Assembly: GCA_963848295.1 (NCBI GenBank)
Contig: CAWKDB010000002.1
Location: 64,001 to 128,000 of the forward strand
DNA: 64,000 bases
Direction of reading: 5' to 3'
DNA from: an uncultured delta proteobacterium
GTDB taxonomy: Bacteria > Myxococcota_A > Polyangia > Haliangiales > Haliangiaceae
Position 1 is the first letter of the stretch. Each line of letters starts with the position of its first letter. A program made the position numbers and the translations under genes. The notes under the pieces are model-generated. The model had not been told where the DNA came from and ran no database searches. It saw only the letters and a list, made by a program, of their open reading frames with translations. Shown here piece by piece: positions 38,271 to 49,430 of the stretch.

Positions 38271-41200
38271 TCAGTCGTCCCCGCTGTCATCGCCGGCGAG
38301 CCTGCGTAACTTCTTCTGCAAGCCGAAGCGCGATAGCCCGAGCAGCCGCGATGCGACGGTCTGGTTCCCGTTCGCGCGCGTCATCGCCGCCGAGATGTAC
38401 GCGTGCTCGGTCGCATTGATCGCGGGCTTGAGCCGGAGATCTTCGCCGAGCTGGGGCTTCGCTGGCTCGGGCCGCGCTGCCGCTGCCGCGATCGCCTCCG
38501 GCAAATCGGCGACGTCGATCACGTCGCCGCCGAGCGCGACGCCGCGGGCCAGCGCGTTCTCGAGCTCGCGGACGTTGCCGGGCCAGCGATGTTGAGCGAG
38601 CGCGCGTTGCGCTCCGCGGGTCAGCCGCGGTGGCTTCTTGTTCGCGCAGAGCTGTGCGAGCAGCGCGTCGATGAGGAACGGCACATCGCCATCACGGTCG
38701 CGCAGCGCCGGGACCGGGACCGTGATCACCTCGAGTCGGAACCGCAAGTCCTCGCGAAATCGCCCGGCCGCGGACAGCTCGGCAAGCGAGCGCTGACTCG
38801 CCGCGATCACGCGAACGTCGACCTTGCGCGTCGTCGAGTCGCCGACGCGACGGATCACGCCGTCTTGCAACACGCGCAACAACTTGGCTTGCATCGCCGC
38901 GGCGGTGTCGGCGATCTCGTCGAGGAACAACGTGCCGCCATCGGCGACCTCGAACAAGCCGCGGCGATCGCGATCGGCGCCGGTGAACGCACCACGAACA
39001 TGGCCGAACAGCTCGCTCTCGAGCAGGGCCTCGGGCACCGCGCTGCAGTTGATCGCGACGAACGGCCCCGCGCTGCGCGGTCCGTTGTCATGCAACGCGC
39101 GCGCGACCAGCTCCTTGCCGACGCCGCTCTCACCGACCACGACGACCGGCAGCGCGGTCGCGGCGGCGCGATCGATGACGCCGAGCATGCGCAAGATCGC
39201 CGGCGACTGCCCGACGATCCGCTCGTAGCGATGGCGCAACCGGTCGCGATCCGGCAGGTCCGCTTTGACCCGCGCGAGCTCGGCATCGCGATCGGCGAGA
39301 TCGGCCGACAGTCGCGCGTTGAGCTCGTCGACCTCGCGGGTCGACCGTCGCAGATCGTCGTTGAGCCGAGCGTTCTCGATCGCGATCGCGGCGATCTCGG
39401 CGAGCTCGCCGAGCACGCTCGCCGCGGCGTCGTCGAACGCGCCCCCGCGGAACCGATGGTCGACATAGATGCAGCCGGTGACCGCGCCGCGCTGGCGCAG
39501 CGGAACGGCGAGCACCGAGCGCAGGCGCAGCGCCGCGACCGAGGCCGCCGCGCCGAACCGCTCGTCGACCCCAGCATCGACCGTCATCACCGGCTCGCCG
39601 GTCTGCGCGGCGCGCTCCGCGATCGAGCGGCTGACCGAGAGGGCGTCGGCGGTCGGTCCGGTCTCGAGGTCGGCGGCGGCGAAGTTGCGCGACACGACCG
39701 GCGCCAGCTCGCCGTGCTGGCGCAGCAGCAAGAACCCGCGCTCCGCCGCGGTGAGCTCGATCGCGGTGTCGATGACCTCGTCGAGAATCCGCTCGACGTT
39801 TGGCTCGGAGTTGAGCCGGCGGGACAACGCGAGCAGGCGGCGGAGCAGCGGCGGATCGCCGCCCTGCGCCGCGCGCGGTGCCGTGGTCGGCGGCTCGCCC
39901 GGCAGGCGCACGAGGTCCGGATCGCCGGCAAGTGCGGCGCGGAACGCCGGCGCGGCCGCGGCGACCATCGCGGCGTGCGCGCTCCGCGCGCGCTCGGCCT
40001 CGGTGCGAGCGAGCTCGCCGTCGTGCGCGCGATGGCCGAGCTGCGCTGCGATCGCATGACCGCGAAACGCGCGTTCGAGCCGGTCGGCGCTGTCCGCTCT
40101 CGCCGCCGCTTCGGCGCACGCGCGCGCGAGGATACCGAGCTCGTCGCTATCGCGCAGCGCCGGGAGCTCGCCGGTGCGCCGCGTGTCGAATGCACGCAGG
40201 GCGTAGCGGCCGCGCGCGAGCGTCCAGCGATCGCGATCGTCGTCGCTCGCGCACAGGGTCGCGACGTCGGCCTTGACGCGATGGCCGGCCTCGGCGAGCG
40301 CGATATACGCACTCGCTTGCGCGTGGGCATCGCCGCGCTCGACCCCGATCGCGAGCGCATCGCGGTAGCAGCCTTCGGCGCCGGGGTCGTCGCCGAGGCG
40401 ATGCCGCGCGTTGCCGAGCACGAGCTGGGCGAACGCGCGGAGATGCGGCGCGCCATCGGCGCGAGCAAGGGCGGCCTCGCCGGCGGCGCGCGCGTCCTCG
40501 GCTTGGCCGACCGCGAGCAATGCATCGCCGCGGTTGAGATCGGCGGCGACTTGCTCGGTCGTCGCGCCGAGCTCGCCGAAGACGCGACCGGCGGCGGCGA
40601 GGCGCGGCAATGCTTCGCTCGCGCGTCCGCGCTCGGTCAGGGTCGTACCGAGGTTGAGCTCGGCGACCGCCGCGGCGTGGATCTCCCCGACGTCGGCGAG
40701 GCGGCGCACCGCATCGCGATAGCGATCGCTGGCGAGTGCGAGCTGACCTCGCTGCTGTGCGACCATCCCGCGCAACGACAGCGCGCGACCGACGGTCGCG
40801 TCGTCGCCGACCGCGGCGCCCCCGACCTCGAGTGCCGCGAACGCGCGATCGGCATCCTCGAGATCGCCGAGATAGAACGCGGCGAGCCCCGCAGCTTCGG
40901 CGCGCAGCCCCTCGAGCGGCCCGGCCACTCGCGTCGCGACCGCGCGCGCGTCGGCGAACCGCGAGCGCGTGACGAGCAGCCGTGCATACGCGCCGGCCGC
41001 ATCGGCGTGATCGGGATGAGCCGCGACGAGCGGCGCGAGCTCGGCTTCGGCGCCATCGAGATCGCCCGCGCGCTGTGCGGCGCGCGCGACGACGAGCCGC
41101 GCCTCGATCGGATCGGCCCCGGCATCGACCGCGGCGGTCGCGAACGTTCCGACCTCGCGATACGAGCCGATCGCGGAGCAGGCCCGCGCCGCGATCAGGT

Positions 41201-43133
41201 TCGCGCGTGCCGGCATCGTCACGAGCGCACGACCGACGAGACCGCGCGCGCGATCGCCGCGGCCGCGCGCGAGCAGCTCGGTCGCGACGTCGCAGATCCG
41301 CGCCGCATTCGCCGCGTCGACCGGCGCGCGCTCGAGCAGATCGGCGATCGCCTCGCACGAAGCCGCCTCGGCGATCGCGATCGAGAGCCCGGCGGTCGCG
41401 GCGATCGCGAGCTCGGGCGCGAACGCTTCGGCGATCGCGACAGCGGTCGCGCCATCGATGACCAGGTCGTCGCCGCGGCGAGCGCCGAGCCCAGCGCGGG
41501 TCAGCTCGACGATGTCGGCGAGCCCGATCGCCTCGCCCGCGCCATGCGTTCGCGCCGTCGCGAGCGCGCGATCGCTGCGTGCTCGACCACCCCACGCCGC
41601 GACTGCGATCGCGAGCGCTCGACCGCCGGCCGGGGCCGCGCCGAGTTGCTCGATCCGGCGTGCGGTCAGAGCGCCGGTCGTCCGCGTGCTCCACTCGATC
41701 GCGAATGGCTCGGGCGCGGCGCGCAACGATTGCACGAGATCGATCGCCGCGAGTGCATGACCGTCGCTGATCCGGCACAGCTCGGCGGCCCAGGTCGCCG
41801 GCGGATCTCGTCCGAGCATCGTGCGAACGAGCTCGGTCGCACCTCCGGCGTCGAGCGGCGCGACCGGATGAAGCAACGCGTGGACCGCCTCGCTCGGCGC
41901 GGGCGCGCGATCCACGATCGCGATCACCGGCCGGCGCGCATCGCCGCGCGACAACGCCGAGAGCAGCTGCGGCGCGCGTGGATCCGCGGCGAGCTCGATC
42001 ACGACCAGACCGGGATGGACGCGGATCGCGCGTGCGACTCGTTCGACCCAACCTCGCGCCGTGTCCGCGCCGGTCGCGACCGCGAGCGCGGCAGCGACCT
42101 CGTCGAGCGATCCGGTCAGCGTCGCGGCCGGCTGTCTGCGCCGCGCGACCTCCGCGAGCTGCCAGCGCCGCACCGCCGCCTCGACGATCTGCCGAGTCCC
42201 GGCCGCGGCGACGCCGACCGCGAGGTGAATCCCGCCGGCCTCGATCGCGCGAGCGAGCGCCGCGATCGTCGGCTCGGCGCCAGGCCATGACGTCGGCGCG
42301 GGTGGCGAGCCGATTCTCGGGCGCGCGCGGCGGAGCGCGCCCGGCGCGATCGCAGGCGCGAGCTGATCGAGCTCGTCGAGCACCGCGACCGCCGAGGCCG
42401 GCCGGGCTTCGAGCTCGCGCGCGACGAGTCGCTTGATCAGATCGGCGAGCGGTGCGACGACGCCGGCGAGGGCAGGCGGCGCGCTCGCGGTGACGATCGA
42501 GTGCACGAGCTCGCCGAGGCTGGCCGCGGTGAACGGCGGCGTTCCGGTCGCGACCCGGATCGCGGTCGCGCCGAGGCCGTAGAGGTCGCTGCGTGGCTCG
42601 AGATGCCCCGCGAACGCTTCTGGCGCCATATAGGTCGGTGTGCCACGCGCGCCGACGCCATGAGCGAGCCCGAGGTCTACCAGGACCGCCCGACCATTCG
42701 CGTCGATCAGGATGTTGCTCGGCGACACGTCGCCGTGCACGAGACCGGCGGCATGAATCACGGCGAGCGCGCCGGCGACGTCGGCGAGCAGCGCCCACAA
42801 TGGCTTTGCCCCCGAGCCCGCGCGCGCATCGCAGGGTGCGCCGTCGATCCATTGCGCGATGAAGAACGGCGCGCCGGCCGCGACGTCGTCGATCGGCTCG
42901 TCGGTTCGCCCGATCTCCAGGACGCGAGGCAACGATGGATGGCGCAGGCGCAGGAGCTGGGCGTATTCGTCGATCACGTTGGCGTCGTCACGCGCGGCCA
43001 GCTTGAGCGCGCGCGGCTCGCCCGACGCGATGTCGATCACCCTGAGGACGCGACCGAACGTGCCGCGAGCGATCGGGCCTGCGAGTCGGTAGCGGCCGAG
43101 CACCAGCTGCTCGCGTGTCTCCGTGCTCGCCAC
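38271..43133 (-). CDS. Ser/Thr kinase, TPR, GAF, sigma-54 AAA+ and HTH fusion (enhancer-binding protein)
   Basis: HGDVSPSN, DLG, YMAPE; GAF LRSVLAVPL; GESGVGKE, ESELFGHVRGAFTGA, LFLDEI, WPGNVRELEN; C-terminal HTH. Confidence 0.92.
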   Translation of the reverse strand: MASTETREQLVLGRYRLAGPIARGTFGRVLRVIDIASGEPRALKLAARDDANVIDEYAQLLRLRHPSLPRVLEIGRTDEPIDDVAAGAPFFIAQWIDGAPCDARAGSGAKPLWALLADVAGALAVIHAAGLVHGDVSPSNILIDANGRAVLVDLGLAHGVGARGTPTYMAPEAFAGHLEPRSDLYGLGATAIRVATGTPPFTAASLGELVHSIVTASAPPALAGVVAPLADLIKRLVARELEARPASAVAVLDELDQLAPAIAPGALRRARPRIGSPPAPTSWPGAEPTIAALARAIEAGGIHLAVGVAAAGTRQIVEAAVRRWQLAEVARRRQPAATLTGSLDEVAAALAVATGADTARGWVERVARAIRVHPGLVVIELAADPRAPQLLSALSRGDARRPVIAIVDRAPAPSEAVHALLHPVAPLDAGGATELVRTMLGRDPPATWAAELCRISDGHALAAIDLVQSLRAAPEPFAIEWSTRTTGALTARRIEQLGAAPAGGRALAIAVAAWGGRARSDRALATARTHGAGEAIGLADIVELTRAGLGARRGDDLVIDGATAVAIAEAFAPELAIAATAGLSIAIAEAASCEAIADLLERAPVDAANAARICDVATELLARGRGDRARGLVGRALVTMPARANLIAARACSAIGSYREVGTFATAAVDAGADPIEARLVVARAAQRAGDLDGAEAELAPLVAAHPDHADAAGAYARLLVTRSRFADARAVATRVAGPLEGLRAEAAGLAAFYLGDLEDADRAFAALEVGGAAVGDDATVGRALSLRGMVAQQRGQLALASDRYRDAVRRLADVGEIHAAAVAELNLGTTLTERGRASEALPRLAAAGRVFGELGATTEQVAADLNRGDALLAVGQAEDARAAGEAALARADGAPHLRAFAQLVLGNARHRLGDDPGAEGCYRDALAIGVERGDAHAQASAYIALAEAGHRVKADVATLCASDDDRDRWTLARGRYALRAFDTRRTGELPALRDSDELGILARACAEAAARADSADRLERAFRGHAIAAQLGHRAHDGELARTEAERARSAHAAMVAAAAPAFRAALAGDPDLVRLPGEPPTTAPRAAQGGDPPLLRRLLALSRRLNSEPNVERILDEVIDTAIELTAAERGFLLLRQHGELAPVVSRNFAAADLETGPTADALSVSRSIAERAAQTGEPVMTVDAGVDERFGAAASVAALRLRSVLAVPLRQRGAVTGCIYVDHRFRGGAFDDAAASVLGELAEIAAIAIENARLNDDLRRSTREVDELNARLSADLADRDAELARVKADLPDRDRLRHRYERIVGQSPAILRMLGVIDRAAATALPVVVVGESGVGKELVARALHDNGPRSAGPFVAINCSAVPEALLESELFGHVRGAFTGADRDRRGLFEVADGGTLFLDEIADTAAAMQAKLLRVLQDGVIRRVGDSTTRKVDVRVIAASQRSLAELSAAGRFREDLRFRLEVITVPVPALRDRDGDVPFLIDALLAQLCANKKPPRLTRGAQRALAQHRWPGNVRELENALARGVALGGDVIDVADLPEAIAAAAARPEPAKPQLGEDLRLKPAINATEHAYISAAMTRANGNQTVASRLLGLSRFGLQKKLRRLAGDDSGDD

Positions 43134-43237
43134 ACTGCCATGTCAACGTTATTGGCAGTCGATGTCAACGCAATTGACAGCGCCGGATCTCCAGCGCCCG
43201 AGCGGATCTAGAGGATCTGCCATGTTATCGTCGACGG

Positions 43238-45211
43238 GTGCCGGACGACGAGCGGACGCGGCGCCGGGTCTCGGACGAGACCAAGGAGCGAATCGCGGAC
43301 CTGTCGTCCGGCTGGTCCTTAGACGCACCCGCCGGCCCCGCTCCCGCCAAACCGGCCGAGCCGACCCCGGAGCCTGCGCCGGCCGACCCGGTCGCGGAGA
43401 CTGCACCGGCCCAGCCGGCGGAGGACGCGCCGCGCAAACGACCTCGTACCGTGCCGCCGCCACCGCCCGGCTCGCAAGCGCGCAAGGCGCTGGAGCAGGC
43501 GATCATCGATGCGGTCGACACTCCGGTTCCAACGCTCACGGCGCCGGCGGTCGACAGCTCTGGACCGCGCACGAAGCCGACCCAGCCTCCGCCGATTCCG
43601 AGTCGCGCGAAGTCGCCGAGCGCCCCGCCGCCGGGTGAGCGCGCGAAGTCGCCGAGCGCCCCACCGCCGGGCGTACGCGCGAAGTCGCCGAGCGCCCCGC
43701 CGCCGGGTGAGCGCGCGAAGTCGGTACCACCGGAGCGTTCGCGCCAGCCGAGCGTGCCGCCGGTGATCCCACCGATTCCGGCGATCCCGCCGATGCCACC
43801 GATCGCGGAGCGCGCGACGTCGCCGACCACGCCGCCGGTGGACGCCAAAGAGCTGACCGTCCCGGTCGGCGAGTTCGAGTCGGCCGGGCTCACCCTGACC
43901 GACGATCAGCTCAAGGCGAAGTACGCGCACGAGACGGTCGTGCGCGACGCCGCCGACGCGGTGTTGAAGCTGCCCGACCAGCCGCTCACCGTCGTCAAGG
44001 AGACGCCGGTCGAAGTCCTACTGCACGAGACCGCCGAGAAGATGCGCGGCGATCCCACCGTGTCGGATCCGTCGACGGCGCGGTTCGAGCGCGGCGATCC
44101 GACGAGCGTCGGCAGCGAGCGCGGCGATGCCACGACGATCGATCCACCGTCGGGTGGCGTGCGGCGCGCGGGCGTGTTGCGGGCCGGCGCGGCGCTGCGC
44201 CGCAAGCGCGGGCTCGCCGGCGACATGCGCTACGTGTTCACGGCGCTGCTCGGAGTGCGCCAGGCGCGGCGCGAGCTCGGCGAGCTCGAAGGCCGACAGA
44301 AGACGCGGCAAGAGGCGCGCCGCCGTCACCTCGTCACGCTGGGTCGCACCGCGATCTCCGGCGACGGCGTGCACCATCCCTCGCTCGGCAAGTCGCGCGA
44401 CGAGATGCAGGCGGTCGAGGACGATCGCTCGCGCCACGCCGGCGCGGTCGCCTCGGCGGATGCCGAGCTCGAGCGGCTCACCCGCGAACGCGACGCGCGC
44501 GCGAAGCAGCACGTCGCGGACATCGCGGCGCTCGACGCCGAGCTCGTCGAGCTCGACAAGACGCTCGAGCCGCTGACGAAGGACGCCGCGAGCGTCAAGC
44601 GGCGCGCCTCGGGCCTGCGCGACTCGGTGCAGCGCATCGAGGTCCAGATCGCGCAGACCGAGGCGAGCCTGGTCTCGGTCAAGAACCAGAAACAGGAGCG
44701 CGCGGCGATCGAAGCGGAGATCGCGACGCTCAAAGCCGATCGCCAGGCGATCCAGAAGGACGAACCGAAGATCGCGGCCGAGCTCGACTCGCTCGATCCG
44801 CGGATCGCATCGCTCGAAGCGGCGCGCACGGAAGCCCAGCGCAAGCGCGCTGAAGCGATCGAGCGCGAGGCCGCCGACGTCCGCCGCACCAGCGATATGC
44901 GAGATGCGATCGGCGCCAAGCGCAAGGTCGTCGACAGCGCCGCGACCGAAGCGGCGACCGCGCGCGACCGGGTGCTGTTCGAGCTCGGCGACCGCCTGTA
45001 CGTCGATCGCCCGGCGACGCTCACCGCGTTACTCGCGCCGATCGACACGATCGATCTAGAGCTCGGCGATACCGACCGTCGGATCATGGAGTTGCGCGAG
45101 ATCATCTCGAACGTCGACCGGGCGAAGGTCGCGCGCGGCGCCGCGGTGATCGTGCTCGCGCTCGCCGCGATCGGCTTGCTCGCCCTGTGGTTCGCGCTGT
45201 CGCTGTTCTGA
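43238..45211 (+). CDS. Pro-rich, coiled-coil protein with C-terminal membrane anchor
   Basis: Long ORF; RAKSPSAPPPG repeats; heptad region; terminal hydrophobic helix. Confidence 0.8.
   Translation: MPDDERTRRRVSDETKERIADLSSGWSLDAPAGPAPAKPAEPTPEPAPADPVAETAPAQPAEDAPRKRPRTVPPPPPGSQARKALEQAIIDAVDTPVPTLTAPAVDSSGPRTKPTQPPPIPSRAKSPSAPPPGERAKSPSAPPPGVRAKSPSAPPPGERAKSVPPERSRQPSVPPVIPPIPAIPPMPPIAERATSPTTPPVDAKELTVPVGEFESAGLTLTDDQLKAKYAHETVVRDAADAVLKLPDQPLTVVKETPVEVLLHETAEKMRGDPTVSDPSTARFERGDPTSVGSERGDATTIDPPSGGVRRAGVLRAGAALRRKRGLAGDMRYVFTALLGVRQARRELGELEGRQKTRQEARRRHLVTLGRTAISGDGVHHPSLGKSRDEMQAVEDDRSRHAGAVASADAELERLTRERDARAKQHVADIAALDAELVELDKTLEPLTKDAASVKRRASGLRDSVQRIEVQIAQTEASLVSVKNQKQERAAIEAEIATLKADRQAIQKDEPKIAAELDSLDPRIASLEAARTEAQRKRAEAIEREAADVRRTSDMRDAIGAKRKVVDSAATEAATARDRVLFELGDRLYVDRPATLTALLAPIDTIDLELGDTDRRIMELREIISNVDRAKVARGAAVIVLALAAIGLLALWFALSLF
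43604..43723 (+). repeat. 36-bp coding tandem repeat, three full units plus a partial fourth
   Basis: CGCGCGAAGTCGCCGAGCGCCCCRCCGCCGGGYGWR encoding RAKSPSAPPPG(E/V). Confidence 0.9.
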
Positions 45212-45216
45212 TCGCC

Positions 45217-45480
45217 TCAGCCCAGCAACCGCGCCATGTGGTCGAGCGCCGCGAGCGCCATCGCGACCCGCGCGGCTCCCAGCAGGCACCCGATCACGCC
45301 GACCGTCATCGCCGCCGCCCCGGCGAGCCGTTCGCGGCCGGGCGAGTCCTTGCGGCGAAAGCCGACCCAGCCGAGGCCGACCGCCGCGAGCCCCAGGCCG
45401 AGCGCGGCGAACAGCCCGGGCGACGGCAGCCCGGCGGCGACCATCGCGCCGAATGCGACCACGAGCGCGAGCCGAGCCAC
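45217..45480 (-). CDS. Small membrane protein
   Basis: 87 aa, mostly hydrophobic segments; fills the gap between two + strand genes. Confidence 0.55.
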   Translation of the reverse strand: MARLALVVAFGAMVAAGLPSPGLFAALGLGLAAVGLGWVGFRRKDSPGRERLAGAAAMTVGVIGCLLGAARVAMALAALDHMARLLG

Positions 45481-45535
45481 GCCTCACGCTATCGTCCGGC
45501 AGCGCCGAGCGCGAGTTTTGTGCTACACGCCGCGA

Positions 45536-46540
45536 GTGGACACGGTCAGAGCCGGGTTTTGCGCGATCGTCGGCCTGCCCAATGTCGGCAAGTCGACGCT
45601 GCTCAACCGCATGCTCGGCAAGAAGCTGGTCGCGGTCTCGGCCAAGCCGCAGACCACGCGCGACCGGATCGTCGGCGTCCACATGGTCGAGCTGCCCGAC
45701 GCCGCCGAGGGCGAGCCCAACCGCGCGCAGATCGCCTACGTCGATACGCCCGGCTTGCAAGACGGCCGCGGCCCGCTGCGGCGCTACATGCGCGACGCGG
45801 CACTCGCCGCTGCGAGCGACGCCGATGCAGTGCTGCTGATCATCGATGCCACCGATCGCCGCGGGCGGGTGCCGGAGCGCCTCGATCAGCCCGACGCGAT
45901 CGCACTCGGCGCCGCGCGCAGGGGGCACCCGATCATCGTCGCACTCAACAAGGTCGATCGCATCGCGAAACCCGAGCTACTGCCGCTGATCGAGGCGTGG
46001 GCCAAGCTCGACGACGGCGTCGGTGTCGACGGCCGGGGCATGTACCCGGCCGGCAGCGCCGCCGAAGGGCGGCGCGGTTTGATCGACGTCGTGCCGATCT
46101 CGGCCGCGACCGGCGACAACGTCGAGGCACTCGAGCGCGCGATCGCCGCAAAGCTGCCGCCCGGACCGCCGATGTTTCCGCCCGAGATGATGACCGATCG
46201 ATCGCCGCAGTTCATCGCCGCGGAGATCATCCGCGAGCAGCTCTATCACCAGCTCGGCAAGGAGCTGCCGTACGCGTGCGCGGTCCAGATCGAGAGCTGG
46301 ACCGAACGCAAAGGCGAGCTCGTGATCGGCGCGATCATCGTCGTCGAGCGCGAGTCGCAGAAGGCGATCGTCGTCGGCCGCGCCGGCTCGCGGATTCGCG
46401 AGCTCGGGATCGCGGCGCGCGCGGCGGTCGGCGACGCGCTCGGCAAGACGACGCACCTCACGCTGCTCGTCAAGGTCGTCGACGAGTGGAGCCGCGGCGA
46501 GGCCTCGCTCGAGAAGCTCGGCTACGGCGGTAAGCCATGA
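45536..46540 (+). CDS. era: GTPase Era with a 19-aa insertion
   Basis: [32 protein letters not shown] domain. Confidence 0.96.
   Translation: MDTVRAGFCAIVGLPNVGKSTLLNRMLGKKLVAVSAKPQTTRDRIVGVHMVELPDAAEGEPNRAQIAYVDTPGLQDGRGPLRRYMRDAALAAASDADAVLLIIDATDRRGRVPERLDQPDAIALGAARRGHPIIVALNKVDRIAKPELLPLIEAWAKLDDGVGVDGRGMYPAGSAAEGRRGLIDVVPISAATGDNVEALERAIAAKLPPGPPMFPPEMMTDRSPQFIAAEIIREQLYHQLGKELPYACAVQIESWTERKGELVIGAIIVVERESQKAIVVGRAGSRIRELGIAARAAVGDALGKTTHLTLLVKVVDEWSRGEASLEKLGYGGKP
46026..46087 (+). repeat. Intragenic two-hairpin palindromic element, copy in era
   Basis: TCGAC-GGCCGGG..CCCGGCC-GG-CAGCGCCGCCGAAGGGCGGCGCGGTTTGA-TCGAC; the two TCGAC are 57 bp apart. Confidence 0.8.
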
Positions 46541-47968
46541 CCGAGCAGCATCTGCCGTTGGTCGCGATCGTCGGGCGGCCGAACGTCGGCAAGTCGACGC
46601 TGTACAACCGGCTCGTCGGCGGTCGGCCCGCGCTCGTCCACGACACGCCCGGCCTGACCCGCGATCGCCGCTACGGCGAGATCGATTACTACGGGCGTGG
46701 CTGGCGGATCGTCGACACCGGCGGCCTCGATCCCGATGCCGCGAACGAGGTGATCGGCGCAGGCATCCATCGCCAAGCGCTGCGCGCGATCGGCGAGGCC
46801 GACGCGATGGTGCTGGTCGTCGACGGGCGCGCCGGCGTGTCGGCGATCGATCACCAGCTCGCACGGCAGTTGCGCGCGACCGGCAAGCCGGTGTTCCTCG
46901 CGATCAACAAGATCGATCACTCGGTGCGCGACGACTTGGTGCACGAGTTCCACGAGCTCGGGCTCACCGCTTCGTATCCGGTCTCGGCGGCCCACGGCCG
47001 CGGCATCGACACGCTGCTCGAGGCGATCACCGAGGCGATCGACGCCCCGAAGATCGCGGCCGAAGCCGAGGAGCCCGAGCGCGATCTGCTGATGGAGCCG
47101 CCGACCGAAGCCGAAGAGATCGAAGCAGGCAAGCGCGAGCGCGAGCGCGATGCCGCGAGTGGGCCGCTGCGGGTCGCGTTCGTCGGCCGGCCGAACGCCG
47201 GCAAGTCGGCGCTGACCAATCGCCTGCTCGGCGAAGAGCGCTCGCTCGTCCATCACGAAGCCGGCACGACGACCGATCCGGTCGACTCGCCGTTCACGAT
47301 CGGCGACCGCAGCTACGTCTTGATCGATACCGCCGGGATTCGCCGCAAAGCGAAGATCGACGTCGACATCGAGAAGCTCGCGGTCACGATGGCGCTCGGT
47401 GCCGTCGCGCGCGCCGATGTCGCGGTGCTCGTGATCGACGCCGCCCTCGGTCCGGCCGAACAAGACGCGCGGATCGCCGGTAAGGTCGAGGAATCGGGAC
47501 GCGCGCTCGTGATCGCGCTCAACAAGTCCGACCTCGTCGTCGGCAGCGAGAAGCAGGCCGCGCTGCGCGATGCTGACCGAGGACACGTTCCACTTCATGC
47601 CGTGGGCGCCGGTCACGTCGCTGTCGGCGCAGCGCGGCGATGGTGTCGATCGCCTGCTCGATGTCGTCGATCGCGCGGCGGTCGAGCATCGCCGGCGGAT
47701 TCCGACCTCGCAGCTCAACCGGTTCTTCGCGGAGGTGATCGAAGAGATGCCGCCGCCGCTGCATCACGGCCGCGCGGTCAAGATCCATTACCTCACGCAA
47801 GCCGGGACCCGGCCGCCGACGTTCATCCTGTGGGCGAACACGCCCGATGGCCTCGCGCCGAGCTACAAGCGCTTCCTCGCGAACCGCCTGCGCGAAGCGT
47901 ACGGGTTTCGCGGCACGCCGCTGCGCATCTTCGTCAAGGCGCGCAAAGACCGGCACAAGGACGGCTAG
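46537..47968 (+). CDS. der: Ribosome biogenesis GTPase Der (frameshift near 47570)
   Basis: Two G domains (GRPNVGKS and GRPNAGKS), DTAGIRR, C-terminal KIHYLTQ...YGFRGTPL. Confidence 0.95.
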
Positions 47969-47977
47969 CGCCAGCGG

Positions 47978-48523
47978 CTAGAAGTAACCCCAGCGAATCG
48001 AGCCGCGCACGCCGAGCGTGAACACGGTGACATCGCCGCCGAACGACGCGAGCTTGCCTTCGATCCCGAACGAGCGCGATCGACTCGCGAGGAAGTCCAG
48101 GCCGCCGCCGACCACGAGCACCGCCTCGGTCGCGCGATCGATCGGGCCGCCGCCGGTGACCATCGCGCCCACGCCGCCGAACGCGTAGGGCACGTCGCGC
48201 AAGATGTCGAAACGGAACGTGACGCCGACATCGGCGACCGCGGCGTACGACTCGGCGGTCTGCTTCGCGCTCTGGCCGCCGGTAAACGCCGCACCGGCGA
48301 GGTCGGCACGCAGCGAGAAGTCGCTGCCGATCGCGTGCTCGTAGGTCGCACCGACGGCGACCCCCGCGTCCGGGGCAACCTGAGCGGGCGTCTTGTTGCC
48401 CATTTTCGGGCCCGGGGCGCTGAACGTGGCCCAACCGAGGTCGATCGAGAGCGCTCGGTCCCCCTCGGCGAGCGCGACGCCGGGCAGGGCCGCGAGGCAT
48501 GCGATCACGAGCCACGGGCGCAT
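47978..48523 (-). CDS. Small outer-membrane beta-barrel-like protein
   Basis: Signal peptide, [10 protein letters not shown]-terminal RWGYF. Confidence 0.7.
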   Translation of the reverse strand: MRPWLVIACLAALPGVALAEGDRALSIDLGWATFSAPGPKMGNKTPAQVAPDAGVAVGATYEHAIGSDFSLRADLAGAAFTGGQSAKQTAESYAAVADVGVTFRFDILRDVPYAFGGVGAMVTGGGPIDRATEAVLVVGGGLDFLASRSRSFGIEGKLASFGGDVTVFTLGVRGSIRWGYF

Positions 48524-48653
48524 CCGCAGCAACGGTCGCAATTCCCTGGGCAACAGTCCAGCCACCGCGCCAGTCCAAAGCCGCAACCCCCTGAATTGAC
48601 GTGCTGCCGACCCGGGTGCTACATCGTCCCGGTCCTTCGCCAGCAGGTGCCCC

Positions 48654-49430
48654 GTGGCCGAGAAATCCAAGAAGACCGATAAGGCTGCAAAGCCCGCAGC
48701 CACGCCCGACGCTGCGACCCCGAGGTTCGATCCCAAGCCGGTCGTCGTCGGCGGTGAATCGTTCGTCGAACGGTTGGTGCCGCACGTCAAGAAGATCGCG
48801 GTCGGCGCGGTCGTGCTCACCATCGTGCTCGCCGCGTTCTTTGGCTACCTCGCGTGGAAGCAAGGCAAGCGCGAAGACGCGACCGCCGAGCTGACCAAGG
48901 TGATCGAGATCTCCGACGCGCCGATCCGCGCCGCAGGCTCGGGCTCTGCGGACGACAAGAAGGCGCCGAGCTACGCGTCGGATGAAGACCGCACGAAGGC
49001 GATGCTCGCGGCGCTCGCGCCGGACGCGCCGTCGGGCCCGGTCTTTCGCGGCGCGCTGCTCGCCCGAGAGGGTCGTTACGACGACGCGCTCGCCGCGTAC
49101 CGCGAGGTCCAGACCGACCTCGGCTTCGAAGGCGTGCTCGCCCGCGAAGGCATCGGCCTCGCGCTCGAGGCGAAAGCCACGGCTCCGAAAACCGAGCCGA
49201 CCGTGCGCCAGAAGGGCCTCGAGGATGCGCTCGCCGAGTTCAAGGTGATGCAGCCCGACGAAAAGGGCCCGCGCCGAGCGTACGCGCTGTATCACCAGGG
49301 CCGGATCCTCGCGATGCTCGGCAAGCGCGACGAAGCGAAGGCTGCCTTCGAGCAGGCCAAGGCCGTCGGTAAGGCACCCGAGCTCGACGCCACGATCGAA
49401 GAGCGCTTGATCAACCTCGGAGCTTCGTGA
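48654..49430 (+). CDS. YfgM-like membrane-anchored TPR protein
   Basis: One TM helix plus TPRs; upstream of the BamB-like gene and near der. Confidence 0.75.
   Translation: MAEKSKKTDKAAKPAATPDAATPRFDPKPVVVGGESFVERLVPHVKKIAVGAVVLTIVLAAFFGYLAWKQGKREDATAELTKVIEISDAPIRAAGSGSADDKKAPSYASDEDRTKAMLAALAPDAPSGPVFRGALLAREGRYDDALAAYREVQTDLGFEGVLAREGIGLALEAKATAPKTEPTVRQKGLEDALAEFKVMQPDEKGPRRAYALYHQGRILAMLGKRDEAKAAFEQAKAVGKAPELDATIEERLINLGAS

Noticed and set aside
40529..40541. GCGGTTGAGATCG resembling the 3' end of the 57-bp element
   Set aside because: No hairpins upstream; it is ordinary TPR coding sequence on the other strand.
38403..42290. Long antisense or alternate-frame ORFs (1295 aa here; also 21320-23920, 27815-29854, 60523-63717, 60687-63440)
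   Set aside because: Shadow ORFs typical of high-GC DNA, overlapping well-supported genes and lacking motifs.
47560..47580. Programmed frameshift or pseudogene in der, and similar single indels in other host genes
   Set aside because: der is normally essential and no slippery sequence is visible. Sequencing error is the simpler explanation.
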